Below are positions 61,628 through 64,000 of a stretch of DNA of 64,000 nt, in pieces; the first letter of the stretch is position 1, and the number at the start of each line of letters is the position of its first letter. Origin of the DNA: Marmoricola sp. (lineage in GTDB: Bacteria; Actinomycetota; Actinomycetes; Propionibacteriales; Nocardioidaceae); assembly GCA_036261595.1 (NCBI GenBank), contig DATAKN010000118.1, positions 3,326 to 67,325 of the forward strand, in the 5' to 3' direction. Under the pieces are notes generated by a model. That model saw only the letters and a list, made by a program, of their open reading frames with translations, had not been told where the DNA came from and searched no databases. Both the position numbers and the translations under genes were made by a program.

Positions 61628-64000
61628 GGGGTAGGTCCTGTGTAGAAGCGGTAGGGATCGACGGCGGCATGCTCCCACGGCCAAAGCGGCTCCAGGTTGT
61701 CGAGGGTGTGCCCACCGCCCTGGTACCTCGGGATGATGTGATTCAGCTCCATCGGGACGCCGAGTTCGTCATGCAGCGGCGGCTTGCCGGCCCTCATCCG
61801 GGCAAGGTTCGCGGCGCTGTACTCACCTTCTAGCGCATCGTTCGCCGCGTTCTTCCAGTACCTCGCTCGAACTGTCGACCAGGCAGGCGAGTTGCCTGCC
61901 TTGGTCAGATTCTCGATGGGGTCGCCGACCTTCCACCCGCGCGCTGTGGTGTTTGCGGCGACAGCCGCCCGCTCAGCCTTTACGACCTCCGCGGTCCTGG
62001 CTGCGGCCGCGACCTTCAGTTCTGGCAGGAGCCATGAGCCGAGGCCGACAACCGACTGCATGCTGACTGGGGCCTGGGGGTCGACTCCAAGGATCGCCAA
62101 CTCCATTCTGGTGAACCCATCGAGCGCCTCGGCGACGGGAAGCGTTGAGTTGGTCAGCGTCAGGAGCATGTAGTCGGCTTGCGAATAGCCAATAGAGGCC
62201 AGGTACTGCTGGGTGGGCAGGTCGGGCTTTATGAGTGCGCTGACGACCGGTCCGCCGTCCTGGAACTCCTTCACCGCGGCTTGCGCTTCGGGGCTTAGGT
62301 GGTGAGCGGGCGGTGCGGTGCTTCCGATCGGCTTCGGGTTCTGGCTGTAGCCGTTGCTCGATCCGTCGCCCTTCGCACCGCAGTTCTGGGTGTTCGGATT
62401 GCACGCGGGTTGGGGTCCGTCCGGGTTGTAGCTGAGTCCCGTGGGGTCAGTGAACGTGGTCGGGTTGTTGCCGGCGTAGGCGTAGGCGTTGGTCTGGATC
62501 GGGTTGCTCGTGTCCAGAACAGGGTCAGGGCTCACGAACTTGCCGACCGCGGCGTCGTAGTAGCGGGCGCCGACCTGGGTCAGGCCGCTTTGGTCGACTG
62601 GCTTGTCGAGGAAACCGTGGTCACCAGTCCAAGCGGTACCCGAGGGCGAGCTGGTTCCCGTACGGGCGTTCCCGAAGGGATCGAATCGACGCTTGGTGTA
62701 GGCCGCATTGAACGCAGAGATCTGGACCTGCCCGGTGCCCTGCGCGTCAGTGGAGAGGAGTTGCAGCCCGGCGGCGGTCCTCGTGGCAACAATTCGCCCT
62801 GCGAAGGTGTACCAGCGCTGGGAAGTCGCCGTGCCTGACTTCAACGTGATTTCGGTGGAGTCCAGGTACAGCCGGATAGTGCCGTCCGGGTCCTTGCGCA
62901 GCAGCCGGTTCCCGTCGGCGTCGTAAACGTTCTTCGCCGCTGGAGCCCCGGCGCTGTTGACCGCCGTCGCAAGCTTCCCTTCGGGATCCCACGTGAGCGT
63001 TTGACCGCCCCGGGTGCGCATCTGTCCGGCCGGGTCGTACTGGTAGGACGTTGTCGCGGTGGTGGTCGAGCCAACCTTGCTTACGACGCTCGAGACCGCG
63101 TGCGGGCCGCCGGAGGTCCCATCCAGCGTCGAGGCAGACCCCGATGCGGGGTAGCCGTACGTGGTGATCGTCGGGCTGCCCGAAGGGAGATAGCTGGTCT
63201 GCGAGGTGCGGTTCCCGATGGCGTCATAGGCGTAGGACGACCAGTAGGACCCTGCGGTGGTGGACATGGCCGCCTGGGAGGGAGTACCGCAGGCGCCGGA
63301 GGCGTTTGTCCATGCGTTCGTCAGCTGGCGCTGGTAGTCGTAGGTGAAGCACTGCAGGTCCTTGGTGCCGGCGTTGTCGGCGATTCCGAGGACGTTTCCG
63401 GCCTGGTCGTAGGTGTAGTTGGCGTCGGTGATGGAACCGGTGACGGCTTGGTCGGAGACGATGTTGCGGGTGAGCCGACGGGTGCCTTCGTCCAGGTACC
63501 AGGTGTTGTAGGACATCTTGCCGCTGGTGGTGCCGGTCGTTGTTTGCAGCAGCTCGCCGTATGGGGAGTAGGTCGTTGCGTTGACGAGGGATTCGGTTCC
63601 GCCCATGCTGTTCGGTTGTCCCAGGCGGCCGTAGAAGTAGCGGAGCGTCTCTGCGGTGAATCCCGGTGCGGTCGGCAACTTCTTGGAAGACAGCGACCCG
63701 TCTGTCAGATAGGTCATCGTCGTGGTGTAGGTGCCGGCGACCGTGTCGGTCGAAGCGCCGCTGGGTCCGTTGGTCTCACCGGCAATGCTCGGGATCGTGG
63801 TGGTGGTCCCGGTCGGTTGGCCGTGGATCTCGTATCCGGTGACGTCCTCGGTGTATTGGGGTGCGCCCGACCCTCCCACGCCGGCGAGGCGGGTGGTGCT
63901 GGTGAGCTCGCCGATGCCATTGGGTACGGCCGTTCCGTTGCGGGCTTGGTCGTATGTCCAGGCTGCGCGGAGCTTGGTCGTGTCTGCGGACGTCCCGTTG
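61624..64000 (-). CDS. RHS/YD-repeat polymorphic toxin (5' end outside the window) with HNH/EndoVII-type nuclease tip
   Basis: YD repeats; core GLTQVGARYYD...SPDP...YAYAGNNP..FTDPTGL; tip NLARMRAGKPP...MELNH..PR..GG...NL...EH. The frame is open to the window edge. Confidence 0.92.
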   Translation of the reverse strand, partial: NGTSADTTKLRAAWTYDQARNGTAVPNGIGELTSTTRLAGVGGSGAPQYTEDVTGYEIHGQPTGTTTTIPSIAGETNGPSGASTDTVAGTYTTTMTYLTDGSLSSKKLPTAPGFTAETLRYFYGRLGQPNSMGGTESLVNATTYSPYGELLQTTTGTTSGKMSYNTWYLDEGTRRLTRNIVSDQAVTGSITDANYTYDQAGNVLGIADNAGTKDLQCFTYDYQRQLTNAWTNASGACGTPSQAAMSTTAGSYWSSYAYDAIGNRTSQTSYLPSGSPTITTYGYPASGSASTLDGTSGGPHAVSSVVSKVGSTTTATTSYQYDPAGQMRTRGGQTLTWDPEGKLATAVNSAGAPAAKNVYDADGNRLLRKDPDGTIRLYLDSTEITLKSGTATSQRWYTFAGRIVATRTAAGLQLLSTDAQGTGQVQISAFNAAYTKRRFDPFGNARTGTSSPSGTAWTGDHGFLDKPVDQSGLTQVGARYYDAAVGKFVSPDPVLDTSNPIQTNAYAYAGNNPTTFTDPTGLSYNPDGPQPACNPNTQNCGAKGDGSSNGYSQNPKPIGSTAPPAHHLSPEAQAAVKEFQDGGPVVSALIKPDLPTQQYLASIGYSQADYMLLTLTNSTLPVAEALDGFTRMELAILGVDPQAPVSMQSVVGLGSWLLPELKVAAAARTAEVVKAERAAVAANTTARGWKVGDPIENLTKAGNSPAWSTVRARYWKNAANDALEGEYSAANLARMRAGKPPLHDELGVPMELNHIIPRYQGGGHTLDNLEPLWPWEHAAVDPYRFYTGPTP

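Overview
High-GC actinobacterial DNA, Nocardioidaceae-like by gene content (inference). It has four blocks. (1) 669-6162: a TetR regulator and a complete agmatine deiminase operon (putrescine carbamoyltransferase, APC antiporter, agmatine deiminase, carbamate kinase). (2) ~6167-49707: a ~43 kb steroid catabolic cluster, probably for bile acids. It holds kshA/kshB, kstD, a Delta4-5alpha-type dehydrogenase, two hsaA genes, a frameshifted hsaB, hsaC/D/F/G, side-chain beta-oxidation enzymes, a peptide-family ABC importer with an amidase and TauE, and TetR and IclR regulators. Ten copies of a 15-bp palindrome (TCCCRSTSASYGGGA-like) lie a fixed 43-44 nt from leaderless start codons or predicted TSSs. 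(3) 49722-58588: an M20 amidohydrolase, a UPF0126 protein, a lipoprotein interrupted by a stop codon, and a MacB-type exporter operon with two membrane-fusion proteins. (4) ~58650-64000: a compositionally atypical polymorphic toxin locus. It contains a partial RHS protein with an HNH-type tip and its immunity gene, a 51-aa signal-peptide ORF, and a ~192-aa Sec-signal mini-toxin (PD-(D/E)xK nuclease) with its own immunity gene, followed by gene debris. No rRNA, tRNA, CRISPR array or intact IS was seen. All calls come from reading motifs by eye; no database search was run.
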